Assembly (NCBI RefSeq): GCF_008831285.2
Contig: NC_045138.2
Coordinates: 11,718,001 to 11,782,000 of the forward strand
Length of the DNA: 64,000 bases
Source of the DNA: Nymphaea colorata
Taxonomy: Eukaryota
Reading direction: 5' to 3'
In this document: piece by piece, positions 32,777 through 45,564 of the stretch
How positions within the stretch are numbered: position 1 is the stretch's first letter
How the letters are laid out: each line of letters opens with the position of its first letter
Program-made: the position numbers and the translations under genes
The notes under the pieces: model-generated
The model's input: only the letters and a program-made list of their open reading frames with translations
What the model was told of the DNA's origin: nothing
Database searches by the model: none

Positions 32777-35106
32777 ATGCAGCGCCCTATTCCCATGGAG
32801 GACTTCGCTCTCAAGGAGACGTCACCACACCTTGGCGGCGGGGGTGTCGGCGGTGACAAACTCACGAGCACCTATGACCTAGTGGAGCAGATGCAGTACC
32901 TTTACGTCCGCGTCGTCAAGGCGAAGGATCTTCCTGCCAAGGACGTCACCGGGAGCTTGGACCCCTATGTCGAAGTGAAGCTTGGCAATTACAAGGGGAC
33001 GACCCGCCATTTTGAGAAGAAGACTAACCCTGAGTGGAACCAAGTCTTCGCCTTCTCCAAGGATCGGGTGCAATCCAACCTGCTCGAATGTGTCGTCAAG
33101 GATAAGGATCTGGTGAAGGATGATTTCGTGGGCAGAGTGGTCTTCGACCTCAACGAGGTCCCCAAGCGTGTTCCGCCCGACAGCCCTTTGGCCCCTCAGT
33201 GGTACAGGCTCGAGGATCGCAAGGGCGAGAAGTCAAAGGGTGAGCTCATGCTGGCTGTGTGGATGGGTACCCAGGCAGATGAGGCATTTCCAGAAGCGTG
33301 GCACTCTGATGCGGCCGCTGTTCCCGGCGACGGCCTAGCAAACATCCGATCGAAGGTATACCTCTCACCTAAGCTTTGGTATGTTAGAGTCAATGTAATC
33401 GAAGCTCAGGACTTACAGATTAGCGACAAGGGTAGGTATCCGGAAGTTTATGTTAAGGCAATGATAGGCAACCAGCTTTTGAGGACTAGAGTGTCTCCAA
33501 GTAGGAATGCTAATCCTCTCTGGAATGAAGATCTGATGTTTGTTGCGGCGGAGCCCTTTGAGGAACACTTGGTACTGAGTGTGGAGGACAGGGTGGCGCC
33601 TGGAAAGGATGAGGTATTGGGGAAGACTGTCATCCCCTTGCAGAGTGTAGACAGGAGATTGGACTCTAAGGCTGTGAACACCAAGTGGTACAATCTTGAG
33701 AAGCATGTGGTTGTGGAGAACGGTGGCGAGCAGAAGAAGAAGGAGGTCAAGTTTGCTAGCAGGATTCACCTGAGGATCTGCTTGGATGGTGGGTACCATG
33801 TTTTGGATGAGTCTACACACTATAGCAGTGATCTGAGACCGACTGCCAAACAATTGTGGAAGCCTGCGATTGGGGTCCTGGAATTGGGTATCTTGAATGC
33901 ACAGGGTTTGCTGCCGATGAAGACAAAGGATGGGAGGGGGACAACAGATGCTTACTGTGTTGCCAAGTATGGGCAGAAGTGGGTTAGGACCAGGACAATC
34001 ATCGACAGTTTTACACCAAGATGGAACGAGCAGTATACTTGGGAGGTGTTTGATCCTTGCACTGTGATTACTGTGGGAGTTTTTGATAATTGTCATCTTC
34101 TAGGGGAGAAAGCTTCTGGAAACAAAGATTCAAGGATTGGGAAGGTGAGGATACGCCTCTCGACCTTGGAGACAGATCGTGTTTACACGCATAATTATCC
34201 TCTGCTTGTCCTGCATTCTTCTGGGGTGAAGAAGATGGGCGAAGTTCATCTGGCGGTTCGCTTTACATGTTCTTCATTGCTCAATATGTTACACATCTAC
34301 TCGCAGCCTCTGCTGCCAAAGATGCATTACCTTCATCCCCTTTCCGTTACTCAGCTAGATACTCTTAGGCACCAAGCTACTCAGATTGTATCCATGAGGC
34401 TGAGCAGAGCTGAACCACCTTTAAGGAAAGAGGTGGTGGAGTATATGTTGGATGTCGATTCTCATATGTGGAGCATGAGGAGGAGCAGGGCTAATTTCTT
34501 GAGGATAATGAATGTCCTGAGTGGATTGATAGCAGTAAGCAAATGGTTTGATCAGATATGCAATTGGAAGAACCCGTTGACAACCATTCTGGTTCACGTG
34601 TTATTCCTGATCCTGGTTCTGTATCCTGAGTTGATTCTGCCGACGATATTTCTCTACATGTTCCTGATTGGTATATGGCACTTCAGGTGGCGGCCGAGGC
34701 AACCGCCTCATATGGATGCTCGATTGTCTCATGCAGAAGCTGTTCACCCTGATGAACTGGATGAGGAATTTGACACCTTCCCAACCTCTCGTCCAAATGA
34801 TATAGTGAGGCTAAGGTATGATCGCCTGAGGAGTGTCGCAGGGAGGATCCAGACTGTGGTCGGGACTTGGCGACCCAAGGTGAGAGGCTGCAGTCCCTGT
34901 TGAGCTGGAGGGATCCACGGGCAACTGCCCTGTTTGTGACTTTCTGCTTCATTGCCGCTATTGTTCTTTATGTTACCCCGTTCAGGGTGATGGCCATCAT
35001 CGTTGGATTTTACCTGTTGAGGCATCCCAGGTTCAGGCACAAGCTCCCTTCCGTCCCTCTCAACTTCTTCAGGAGGTTGCCTGCGAAGACCGATTGCATG
35101 ATATGA
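32777..35106 (+). CDS. MCTP / FT-interacting protein family member (three C2 domains plus PRT_C and transmembrane region), intronless CDS; one -1 frameshift at ~34862
   Basis: 708-aa ORF with hallmark MCTP motifs (STYDLVEQMQYLYVRVVKAKDL, DSPLAPQWYRL, GGYHVLDESTHYSSDLRPTAKQLWK, PPLRKEVVEYMLD, HPDELDEEFDTFPT). The C-terminus ATQGERLQSLLSWRDPRATALF...NFFRRLPAKTDCMI lies in another frame. Restoring one G gives TVVGDLATQGER and 776 aa. Resembles the FTIP3/FTIP7 (MCTP3/4) type. Confidence 0.95.
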
Positions 35107-36249
35107 AAAAGCCATCCATGGTGTAGAAGGCAATCGTTTAACGTCCATGTGTCCTCTACATGTCGTTATGGGATATGCTTGGCTCACCAGTGTGCTTGCC
35201 GATGGTTGCAGCATCCTTGCAAACTTCCTGTTTTCTCGATGGCAAATGGTTTCTTAGTATGTGATGTATAATTTTGAATTGGTACGTTTCGTTGTCTAAG
35301 TTCGTGTTAAACATTTGAAATTTCTAATTCCTCCGTTTGCTTCCGGAATGGTCTTCTTCTTGTTCCTTTTTTTTCGTAATAGGTTGCTTGTGACACCTAG
35401 GGAGGGTCTTTCTTTATATGCATGTGTATATACATACTTGAGGGGACGATATTCTCTATTTTATGTATGTGTAACACTCGGGGTTAGCATTGAATGATGC
35501 GAGAGAAAGATAGTTGTGAGCGCATGTGAAGATTTTGTATATTGTGTGTACGGGTGCTTGTTTGTGTATGGATGATGAAACATTTTAATGGGCCCTACAA
35601 CTGCGATCTTGAAAGAAAGTCTGTGTGAGCAAGCGGATAAATTGCTTAGATGCTGTCGATGCACCAAAACACAAGGTTCTTGCATTTGTGGTCTTTCTAT
35701 CGAGAACTGTGGTGGATTTGTGGAGATTCTTTGTGTTAGGTTTCAGGTCGAACTTTGTATTTTCGATGTTGCACATTCTCCATGCCAAAGTCACCTCAGA
35801 GATTGGACTTTTATTTACTTAATTTTTTTTTTCATGACTGTGTTGACTGGCTTTATTCTTGGTCATTGGATTTCCTAAGATGGTCAACCCTGTGTTTGCA
35901 TTGGCGGCATCTAGAAACTTGTGTTTTGGGATGACTATCTGGTTAGTTGGATTTTCCCAGATGAATTATGCAATGTTGGCGTCTTGTTGGTTTATTTGAA
36001 AGTCTGCAGCATTCATATCCTTTGTACATTTCGGAGGCGTTTGACAAAAAAACATTGTATGTTTGAAACACATCTTGTTTGACCACTATGTTCTTATTAG
36101 GAACCATTAAATGGCTATGAATGATTGAATGTTATGCTTAAATCTAACCCAATCTAGTAACGGATCTAATCACATTATGCTGTTTGAACTTTGAAACAAG
36201 AGAAAAATGTTCATGAAACATGTATTTTAGGAATATATGTTCCAAGCAC

Positions 36250-36700
36250 ATGATATTCTTACTAAAAGTTATCTGAAGTCCTCCAATGAAGGCTTTAGGG
36301 GAGGCCCATGTAACTGGTGAATTGATCGACCATCTGTATTCACCATCTCCACTACTTCCACAGCTAGGTTGCAGTGATTTGAGATTATGATCTGCAATAA
36401 TCAAACACAACCATATAGAACTTACCACTTCTTTTCAAATGATTTCTCCATTCTATGGGCCCACTTACCAAACGAATAGTCTGCTGCCCTACAATCCTAT
36501 GGTTTAGTATGAACCACATAAACTCCTAAGACTGTGCTATGAGAAAATAGCCAATCCCCTTTAGCACCAACCCCCCACTTCTTTCGAGGACCACCGACTT
36601 CTGCTTATCCTTCGCTCCTCATTGATTGAACCATCGACACTGGGATGACCTTGCTATGAGAATGTCGGCGTTCATGCAAGAGATAATTCTAAAGCCTCAA
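36250..36700 (-). mobile_element. Possible very degraded LINE ORF2 3' remnant
   Basis: Weak frame-broken similarity (ERSGGLVLKG...KWAHR...SPVTW) to the LINE K..GGLG...KW.WR...S.W region. Confidence 0.25.
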
Positions 36701-37047
36701 AAAAATCGGCTAATTTTTTTTGTTTGCACTCGGATCCGGATAGGTGTTTATGGAATCGTTACATCCAGTGGATTTATTAAATGAGAGGGTGACCATTTTG
36801 TTCCGGCGAATACATAAATAATGTTTTTTTTTTTTTTTTTTTTTTAAAGGGTGTAGCACTGGCCAGATAGTCAAAACCCTGCCATCAGTTGGATTATTGC
36901 AGTTGTTATTTTTTTAGATTGCAAACAGTGATAACACTATTGTCAAGTTGATGTGGATAACTGTATGACCACTTAAATCCAAAAGCAGCTCTAAACCTTG
37001 GAAAAATGAGCGACTTTGCAATACTATATGTTCCCATGCCAGATTCA

Positions 37048-37102
37048 ATGTCTTATGTCTCTATTCAGTGTCTTATGTCTCTATTCAGTGTCTTATGTCT
37101 CT
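37048..37102 (+). repeat. 20-bp tandem repeat (TGTCTTATGTCTCTATTCAG, ~2.7 copies)
   Basis: Seen directly. Confidence 0.85.
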
Positions 37103-37694
37103 TTGAAAAAATAATCATTTTAAAAAAGGGCCAAAATATTGAGAGAGAGAAACTTTAGTGGGGATAAGTGGGTGGGGGACAATGACCTTTGCTTTAAGCA
37201 AAGAGTATGAAATTCATAATGTTTTTCTCTGTTTTTCTACAGGATAGTATTATTAAAGCATTATTTTGACTATAATATTATTAATATATTATTTTTACTT
37301 TCTTAAATGGTGTTGTTATTGTCTGATGTGTTTATGCTTCGTACGTGAAAATTTAGGTTGATGACACATTAAAATAAAATGATCGTGCGGAAGCTACCTT
37401 TTTAAAAAGTTAGTTGTTTATTCAGTTTTTTAAAAACCTGTTTGTCAGTTGGACTGATAGGACCAAAGCAAAGCACCTTTTTTTTCTTTTCGTAAATGAA
37501 TTAGAGATGCATTTGACAGGCATTTCAGATCCATGAATTTAAGGTTGGACCCTTCTCTTATCGGACATTAAATTCATAGCTTTAACATGTAACATGAACA
37601 GAGACGTTCATTTTGACCTTCAGTTTGTTTAAACTGGAGTTCTTGAAAAACACATCTTTTAACACAGTTTCAGATCTAAGATCCAAAGCAATCA

Positions 37695-37890
37695 CATCCA
37701 ACCTAAAGGGTTTCAGGTTAAATTAAGAACGCATTTTTTAAGTGATCCAAACTCACAACCAATTTCAATTCAGATCCAACCTAAAGGATTTCAGGTTAGA
37801 TTAGGAACACATTTTTTAAGCGACCTAAACTCAGAACCAATTTCAGTTCAAATCCAATTCGATAACTCATAAGGTTTCCGATTAGATTCA
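37695..37890 (+). repeat. Degenerate ~78-bp tandem repeat (ATCCAACCTAAAGG..TTTCAGGTTA...), ~2.5 copies
   Basis: Seen directly. Confidence 0.7.
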
Positions 37891-38042
37891 GAAAAGTATT
37901 TTGATAACATTTGCTTAAACTACTCAGTTTTGGATGGAACAACACTGCAACTTTCCTTGAAAATGTGGAACGTCGCTCTGGGAAAAAAATGGGACTCCAT
38001 TTTCAGATTAGGTTTTAGTTTGCGGGCAGGGTGTCGCATGCT

Positions 38043-39062
38043 TGTGTTGTATAGGCAGGGATCCGAGGAAAAAGAAAAAGTCTGATGGTGAGTGGTGATG
38101 CTGATTTCTTTTTGTTAGGAAGAAAAGCGAATGAGTTTGTTTTTTCCAACTTTTTATAGTCCACGCTTCCCGCCCTCCCCTTTCTTTCTTTTGCTTAGAA
38201 ATTTCCAAATACCTTTGCCTCCATTTTTGTTGTTCCAAATAAGCAGCAGTATTCTCCTTCCAGGCTCGTCTCCTCCAGCTTCCAAGCAGCAGCAGGGTAC
38301 CCCTCTACTCTCTCCTTTTCTCTCTCTCCAAAACTTTCTTCGCCCGAGCGAGGGTTTTCATGGCACCTGAAACCCTCGCTCGGGCAAGAGTAAAACGCTC
38401 GGGGGAGATGGTTTCACACTCGCAGCGTCGCCGGAGCGAGAAACCCTCGCTCCGGCGAGGGCTAGGTTTTCGGAAACCCTGGCCCAAGCGAGGGTTTTGT
38501 TTTCAGAAACCCTCGCCCAAGCTAGAGTTTCTGAAAACCCTAGTTCGGGCGAGGGTTCTGAAAACCACCCTCGCTCGGTTTCACAATGTTTTTTTTAGAG
38601 AGAGAGAGAGAGTAGATGGGGCAGATTTCCGGCGACTACCATGCTCTTCCTCTGTTTCTACCAGACGTCTAAAGTCGGACTCCGGTGGCCGCCGTCGAGG
38701 TTGTCGAGCTTACGGAGTCGAGCTTGAATGTTGTTGCCGAGCTGGAATCGAGTTCGAGCCAAGCTCGACTCGACTCGGCGCGCGTGTTCACCTCTAAATT
38801 GGGTACATTGTTTTCACCAGGTGAGGAGATTTCTTTTAACTGGGACTTGCAAGAGGCGTTTCCTTTCTTGGGGAACGGTTGAAAACCAGCAGCAACTTGC
38901 CGAGACCCTGAGGCATCGACAGCAAAGGAACAAAGAATTTGGGGGTGGGTGAAAGTTTCGGATCTGTGTCGGACGGTGGGTCTCCCCTCCTTCCTCACCT
39001 CACGTGATACCATCCACCTATTTAGCGGCACCTAACACCCAAGGCGTTTCCTGTATAACGCA
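38043..39062. mobile_element. Putative non-autonomous DNA transposon with AAACCCTCGC/GCGAGGGTTT repeats
   Basis: Many inverted copies of AAACCCTCGC(T/C) at 38340-38580 and TCGAGC motifs at ~38700-38780; weak degenerate TIRs TGTGTTGTATAGG / (rc) TGCGTTATACAGG; no TSD found. Confidence 0.4.
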
Positions 39063-40009
39063 CGACAGAAACCATTAAATTATATATGTAAACAAGATAG
39101 TAAAATTCGAACTGGTTATAGTTAAGGAGAGTCATTTACGCAAACTAGGAAGTCATGCATCTCCCAAAAACATAAGTTACATCCAACTTTTCTTTCTTTC
39201 TCTCTCTACTGAAAACTCTCTAGTCTTGTTGCATTCTCTTTTTTTTGTTTCTTGAGTAAAAAGTGAAAGAGATTATAAAAATAAGACTTACTCTGGTTTG
39301 ACGACAAAGAAGCTTTGTTGAAAATAAGTTGTGACTTCATAGAGAGCTACGAGATTCTACCGGATTCAGTCTTTGTCGAAAATATGTCTTCCTACAGAAA
39401 TATAGGGGTAGTTTGACAATGAGACCAGTAATTCATATTTCTACCTCAAAAAAGTTCTTTCTGAACATCAATATGAGGAAAGTTCTATCTGAACAAATTT
39501 TGAAACCAGATTCTCTGAGAAATAGATTTTTGAAAAACGCTTGTTTTCGAGACCAAATTTAATGAAAGTTGTGCCACTGGATGGATCGAATGTTGGTTCG
39601 ATGAAAACAGTGGAAAAAGATGGAGTTAGAAAATGGGTCCTTTTATTAGTGGATTTCCTGATGGGGACGTATACCTAATAGTCTAATACTTGTAGGTGTG
39701 GACGGTAACAAATTTAGAAAATTGAACTGCCACGACACAATAGTGGTGTACAAAAAATTTATGCACCGGGCGATATAATGACCAGAATAGGTCCAATAGA
39801 AGGACAGAAAAATTAATGAAAAAAATAAAAGCAAAAAAAAAAGAAAACATTTTTTTTTCAAAATTTCCAAAGTACCCCAAGCTTTCTCTCTTCTTTTGGG
39901 GTGCGGTGCATATCTCAGTCCACACATCTCGTTCTCACACCACAGCGCACTTAAAAGAGAAGAGCATACACCTGAATAGTGGTGGATTCAAGTGGAGCTG
40001 GGAGTAAGC

Positions 40010-40315
40010 CTGGGCATCGGGCTGGCCCGACACTCAAAACCTGACTCAGGTTCGATCCGACACCTAAAACTTGAGCCTCAGTTTCACTTGATTAAATTAA
40101 AAAAAAAATATTTTTAATATAAAATAATATATAAATATAATTAATTATAATAAAATATTATAATTATATGTAAAAATCAATAAAATATATATTAAAAAAA
40201 ATCTTATCGAGCTGAACCGAGTTTAGTCTGACCCACTAAGGTCCACCAGATAATTTATTGGGCCAGCCCGGTGTTTTTTTTCGAGTCCGAGGGCCTGAGT
40301 CAAGCCGAATACTCG
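40010..40315. mobile_element. MITE-like element (GC-rich CCCGA/GGGCC ends around an AT-rich core)
   Basis: GGGCTGGCCC motif inverted at ~40020 and ~40260; AT-rich centre; exact ends not resolved. Confidence 0.4.
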
Positions 40316-40329
40316 GTATGTGACCAAAA

Positions 40330-41050
40330 ATCATTTGGCCCCTTCACGATGCATTTTTCTTACACCTTACAATGTAGTCCGAGAAAGTGATCAAATGTTA
40401 TTGTTCATTCACTTGCTGGTAGCTTGAAGGATTTCAACCACGAATATTGCTTTCCAATTGGCTGTTCTTGCATTAGTTGCTCCTTCACCAATCTTAATGT
40501 AGTCCGAGAAAGGGATCAAATGTTATTGTTCATTCACTTGCTGGTAGCTTGAAAGATTTCAACCACGACTATTGCTTTTCAATTGGCTGTTCTTGCATTA
40601 GTTGCTCCTTCACCAATCTTACTGATTAGACGCTTGTCAAAATTTTATTGCTCCCTCTCTCCAAGAAAGAAACCTTGGCTCCGCTCCAAGACAGGAAGAA
40701 ACCACTGGGGCACAGAAGGCCGACACATAAAGGGGATCTCGTGGTTAAGGAGATTCACCGACTTTGTGTAGCATCAAATGGACAAGAATCAAACAAGCCA
40801 CTTTTGTTCATGGTTCTCGAAGTGGCCCTCCGTTTATGGGATCAGGAAGACGCAGGGTGTAAAGAATTTTTTGCTAAAGTATGAAATAAATGCCATGCTT
40901 CTTCCTCAGCCTTCAATATAATAGACGCACCACAAGAAGAATATTCTATCGGTTGCCAATGTTTTCTCAGATAATCTGTCATAAAAACACTATAAAGTTG
41001 CACTTCCTGAGCACTTCTTCATTTGGTCTTGTTGGATCTTCGACAGCGAA
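40330..41050 (-). mobile_element. Degraded Athila-like Gypsy gag remnant
   Basis: The minus-strand reading SSCGASIILKAEEEAWHLFHTLAKNSLH resembles Athila-type gag (SCGG.F..K..EAW.LFE.L.ENS); heavily mutated. Confidence 0.45.
40371..40620 (+). repeat. 125-bp tandem duplication (40371-40495 / 40496-40620)
   Basis: Near-identical copies, about 4 mismatches. Confidence 0.92.
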
Positions 41051-44000
41051 ACAGCACCTGTGGTTGGATCTGAGTCTGCACAGCAGGTTTACCATAGATG
41101 GCAGAGGCAACAACAACAGTTAAAAGAAGAAGAAGAAAAGTAGAGTCAGAATAATTTCTAGGTTTGCTTTTGGGAGGTGCAGACTAGGATAATCTAACGA
41201 GTGATTCACTGGGCTTTTATAGTCCATCTCTCAGGGTTTTCCAATGCCCAGTAACAGTTAGAGCCAGAGAGATTTATGGAAAGATAAACGGTAACAAATA
41301 AACTTTTGATTTTATTTTAATGAAAGTTCTTTATTTGGAAATCAGTTTTCTAATTTAATCTTGCAACTGCAAAGATTAAGCCTATGAAATTGCTGGCATT
41401 TAGATTCTGCAAAGGTGGTGCTAAATTGGTTGATCGTGCCTATGGGAAAATGATATTTCTTAGAACTCCCTCTTTAGCTGATCTGATCCGATGTGTCAAT
41501 TTTCAACGAATCCAATTAAGGTTTCGAGTCTTTAGCGAAAATGAGAATAACGTTAGCCTCAAGGCATCATCTTCAACATTGACGTAGATCCGGATTGTTG
41601 CAGACACAACCAATAAGCAATCAGGGCGTTGCAAGAACGTAGCATGTTGATGGCACTTACCTTGATTGCATGCTGGTTGGCTCCAATATCTGGTTTTGAG
41701 AGCCTCAGTGCTATTCCTTCCACCGGTAATGGTGGAGAAGTGAAGGGCCAGTCATCAATTCCCTTCTGCGCTACTTTCACGCGGTGTTTAGTTGACATAT
41801 GTCTCACTCGACTTCCCAAAGTTGAAGATATTTGTGACGATGTGTGTTCTCTAGAGTTTCTGTTCGCGTCGGCACTGCATTTTGCATATTTTTCATGTAT
41901 ATGTATAATCTTCTTGCATCATATAGAATTGGCTGCATCTGCAAATTTGTGTATACTGCCTATGGATTGCTTGCCTGAGCCATGCACCATGCACAAGTAT
42001 TTAGTTTCGTTGGATGCAATTTTAAAGTTCTCATTTGGACACACGACTCACATCCTGATGCAGGGGAGATCTTGGGGAGTGGACGCCGCCATCATAATGG
42101 AAACAATGATTTATTTTCTAGGGCTTTGTTAGTTACTTTTTATTTGACAACCATTTTGGCTTATGAAATGACTAATTGTGTCACTGCTTGATATGCCTGT
42201 AGGCAAGTCGTACTATGCACTAAATATGTTAGCAATTATTACTCAGCACTGTAGGACAGATCGAGGTACATGTCAATTATGTTGGGGAAAAATTTTGCAC
42301 ACTCTCACTCACAACTTGAACAACACAACAAATATAAATTTCACATCCATGACTGACAGTTCACATTAAACCCCTATAGAGAAAGGCCAAAGCTGCTATT
42401 GCCACTTGGAATATGTGTAGCTCCATCCCTCGAGAAAAGTTGAGTCGTCCTCACACCAACACATTTTCCCTAATCTGTGAAGAAAATTTGCTGCCATTGA
42501 GCTTAAGATCATATATTGTTGATTTTTTTTTTGGGCAGCCGATTGGATAGTATGGATTATTGTAAATATGCTATAAATCCGTCATAGACATCCTACGAGT
42601 TGATATTCTCATATCGTATGTCTTCCAGTATGGGCCAAGTTCTTGGACCTGTTAGACGGGCTAGAATATCTTGCAAATCATGTTCATCTAAAGGGCTGTT
42701 TGGTAGCAAGGGCACTCTGTGTGAATGCTCTTGAATTTGTTTCAAAGATTGAGAATGAAACATTAATTCTAGCATTTTATGAAAATGTTTTGATAGATTC
42801 ATGAGACACACTCACGGAGAGTCATTGCTATTGCTGCCAAACGATTCCTAAATTGATGAAAAATTAATTTTCTCAGCCATTTAATAGCATGCTCATCTCT
42901 CCTTATAAAAACTAAAATGTACAAGTCCGAGGGTTCATCTTCCTATTAGGGCATACATCAAATTGGCATCCACGCTTGTAACTCCACGCCACTTCCACCG
43001 AGTAGTTAGAGGACATATGAAAACAATTGGAACACTGAGGACAGTGCCAGTCAGATACCAAAGGATGTTTCTTAATAACCTTGACATTGGAGAGACCACA
43101 GCTGATGTAGTCAGAGGAAAAAAGACTTACATTTTGAGGGGCTGAGAGCAATAGATATAAGGATAACCAATATGTGCAAGGATAGAAAAAGAGATGAGAA
43201 AGTGATTGGCCCTATAAGATAGGATGGACACAGTATTGAATGAAGACTGAATGTTGAGAAGATCAAGGCAACAAGAGATGATGAATATCAAGGTAGAGAC
43301 AAAATCGAGACATTGACATAAAATCAAGGAGAATGAGGTTTGAGTAAAAAGACAACTTTGGGTCAAAAAAGTGGATGGAATACAGAGGATTCAAACACTA
43401 ACCAAATTCAACATTGGTTGCATAGATAATCATGAGCATCTAACGCTCCCTAAAGGTCAACTCTATCATGCATTATTTTGAAAGGAGGTTTAGGACTCTA
43501 ACTGGACTCTAGGGTTTTTTTTAGCCTTGTCTATGCAATCTATGATATGCCTTTCTACTCAAATTGAGGCTTGAAGAACATGGCATAGGCTCCTCCAGGA
43601 AAAACTATAGGCGGGCTCATTATTCTATTTGATCTACCTAGATTATGCCCTATGATTCTAGTAAGGCCATCAACTATATATGACTCCATGGATAAGCCTA
43701 GCAAAATGAAGTCAATATATACATTTACCAACAAACAGTTGACTGTAATGCAATGGGGTTTAAGACGGAGGTTAAAATAATAAAAGGAGACATGGTTTTT
43801 GTACAAATCTTACCTCTATGAGAACTAAAAGTGACCTAAATCTAAGTCAACATCGACGAGCCTCTTTAATTTGTCCAAAATACAAAAGCAAATAAATCAG
43901 CAGCCAAAACATACCAAACTTAATGAAATCCCAATATAGTTCAAACTTAAGGCTATAAGGTTGTGTGGCTGCCATATCTATTTATGGGACCTCCTCCTTT

Positions 44001-44710
44001 TTTTTTTTTTTGCAATTGCCCCTCTTTTGGAAGATAATATGGGAAACTCGCACCCATTTCAAAAAATTTGCTGGAAAACTTAGTAGATGGGACTCACCTG
44101 ATGCTTTTAAGAGGGGTAACCAAACTAAAGATTGATTCTTATGTCTTCCTTGCTTCAAAATCTCTAAATATTGTTCCATAACATAGGTTTAAAAATAGAT
44201 TATGCATGGCATGGATCATACGGAAGGGTGCATAATTTTCAAATAGTGTGTGCAAGTGAAGGTATGATTAATCCTTATCATGACTTGGAAGAACTAAAGG
44301 AAGGCCTCTTAAAATCATCATGGACATAGGTCAAGTTTTTATTTTTTCGAAAATAAATTTTAGGAGAAAAAGTCTTGGCTCATTTTAAGGAGGAAGAGTG
44401 ATTTGAAATTTACTGGAACACATATATGATCGTAATATTTTTTTTTTACGAAAGATGGGCAAGAAATTTAAACAACGAAGAATGTATTAAATAATTGTTT
44501 CAAAATCAAGATTTTGAGAAATTATTTACACAAGCATCCCTGGTTAATCTGGAAGTTATTTAAATACTGGGAGTTATCTTGGCAAATAATAGATTATACG
44601 ACTTGGAGTGGAGAAAATAATTAAAAATGGAAGATACAAAGCATGGAGGTTTAAAAAGAACCCGGACCTTCAGACATAGATCCTAGAATTGGATCCCTCA
44701 CCGTTAAGCC

Positions 44711-44905
44711 CAGTGGCGGAGCCAGGATTTCTTTTAAGGGCAGGCCAATAGTCCGACCTCTAGATCTGAGTAGGGCCAAACTGAACCCGAATTCAAACAA
44801 TACACAGCACAATTAAAAATTTTCAAATTTTTCAATATAATTTTTTTTTCAATTGCCTGGGTTCCGGCCATGGCCTAGCTGGGCCCTTCCCTCCCTCCGC
44901 CCTTG
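44711..44905. mobile_element. hAT MITE (195 bp)
   Basis: TIRs CAGTGGCGGAG / (rc) CAAGGGCGGAG; perfect 8-bp TSD GTTAAGCC (44703-44710, 44906-44913). Confidence 0.9.
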
Positions 44906-45091
44906 GTTAAGCCTCAAAATGAAAGGCAGTGGCGGGTAACATCTCCTTCGGCAGCAACCGGACAAGGCATAAATGCATGAGATGGTGGCAACGAAGAGAG
45001 GCGGGGAGAAGAAGAGGAGGAGGAAGGAAGAAGAAGATCAAGAGGACGAAGTGTGCTTTGAGGGAGGAATCAAAAGAGCAAGAACATCACT

Positions 45092-45207
45092 TTTATGCTT
45101 TAAGAGGGAATAACCAAGAAAAATATGAAAATTGATATATAAAAAGCCGGTTTATGCTTAAGAGGGAATAACCAAGAAAAATATGAAAATTGATATATAA
45201 AAAGCCG
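45092..45207 (+). repeat. ~58-bp tandem duplication
   Basis: TTTATGCTT(T)AAGAGGGAATAACCAAG...AAAAGCCGG twice. Confidence 0.9.
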
Positions 45208-45564
45208 GTAGAGATAGACTTCAACAAGGTTGAAGGGTAGCTTGTGGAGCCTTGCCAATTAAGCAATGGTGACAACCATTTATTGCTATCAGTTTTTCTT
45301 TATTGTTGTTGGCATGTTAGAGACGTTTGTGCAGGATTTCATATGATCCCTTCTCTTTTGCTCGATTGGTTAAGAACGCCTGTTTGCTGTCGACATTAAT
45401 GCCATATAGCCCTTCCCTTTATTGATGCACCCACCTTTTCTTTTTTTTTTTTCCTCTTGTTTTTTTCCTTTTGTTCTTCTCCTACCTTTTCTCTCTCTCC
45501 CCTCCCTCATTTTCCCTTTCATTTCATTCTTTTTCCCGTTCCATCTCTCTCTCTCTCTCTTTTA

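Noticed and set aside
33413..35214. Long antisense ORFs (227 and 156 aa)
   Set aside because: Shadow ORFs opposite the MCTP coding sequence
41629..42132. 167-aa ORF with a hydrophobic, signal-peptide-like start
   Set aside because: Non-ATG start, no recognisable domain, and it lies among decayed retroelement remnants
42380..44340. Possible Gypsy integrase-tail remnant (CFHMS similar to VFHVS, minus strand)
   Set aside because: Single weak motif; not enough to delimit a feature
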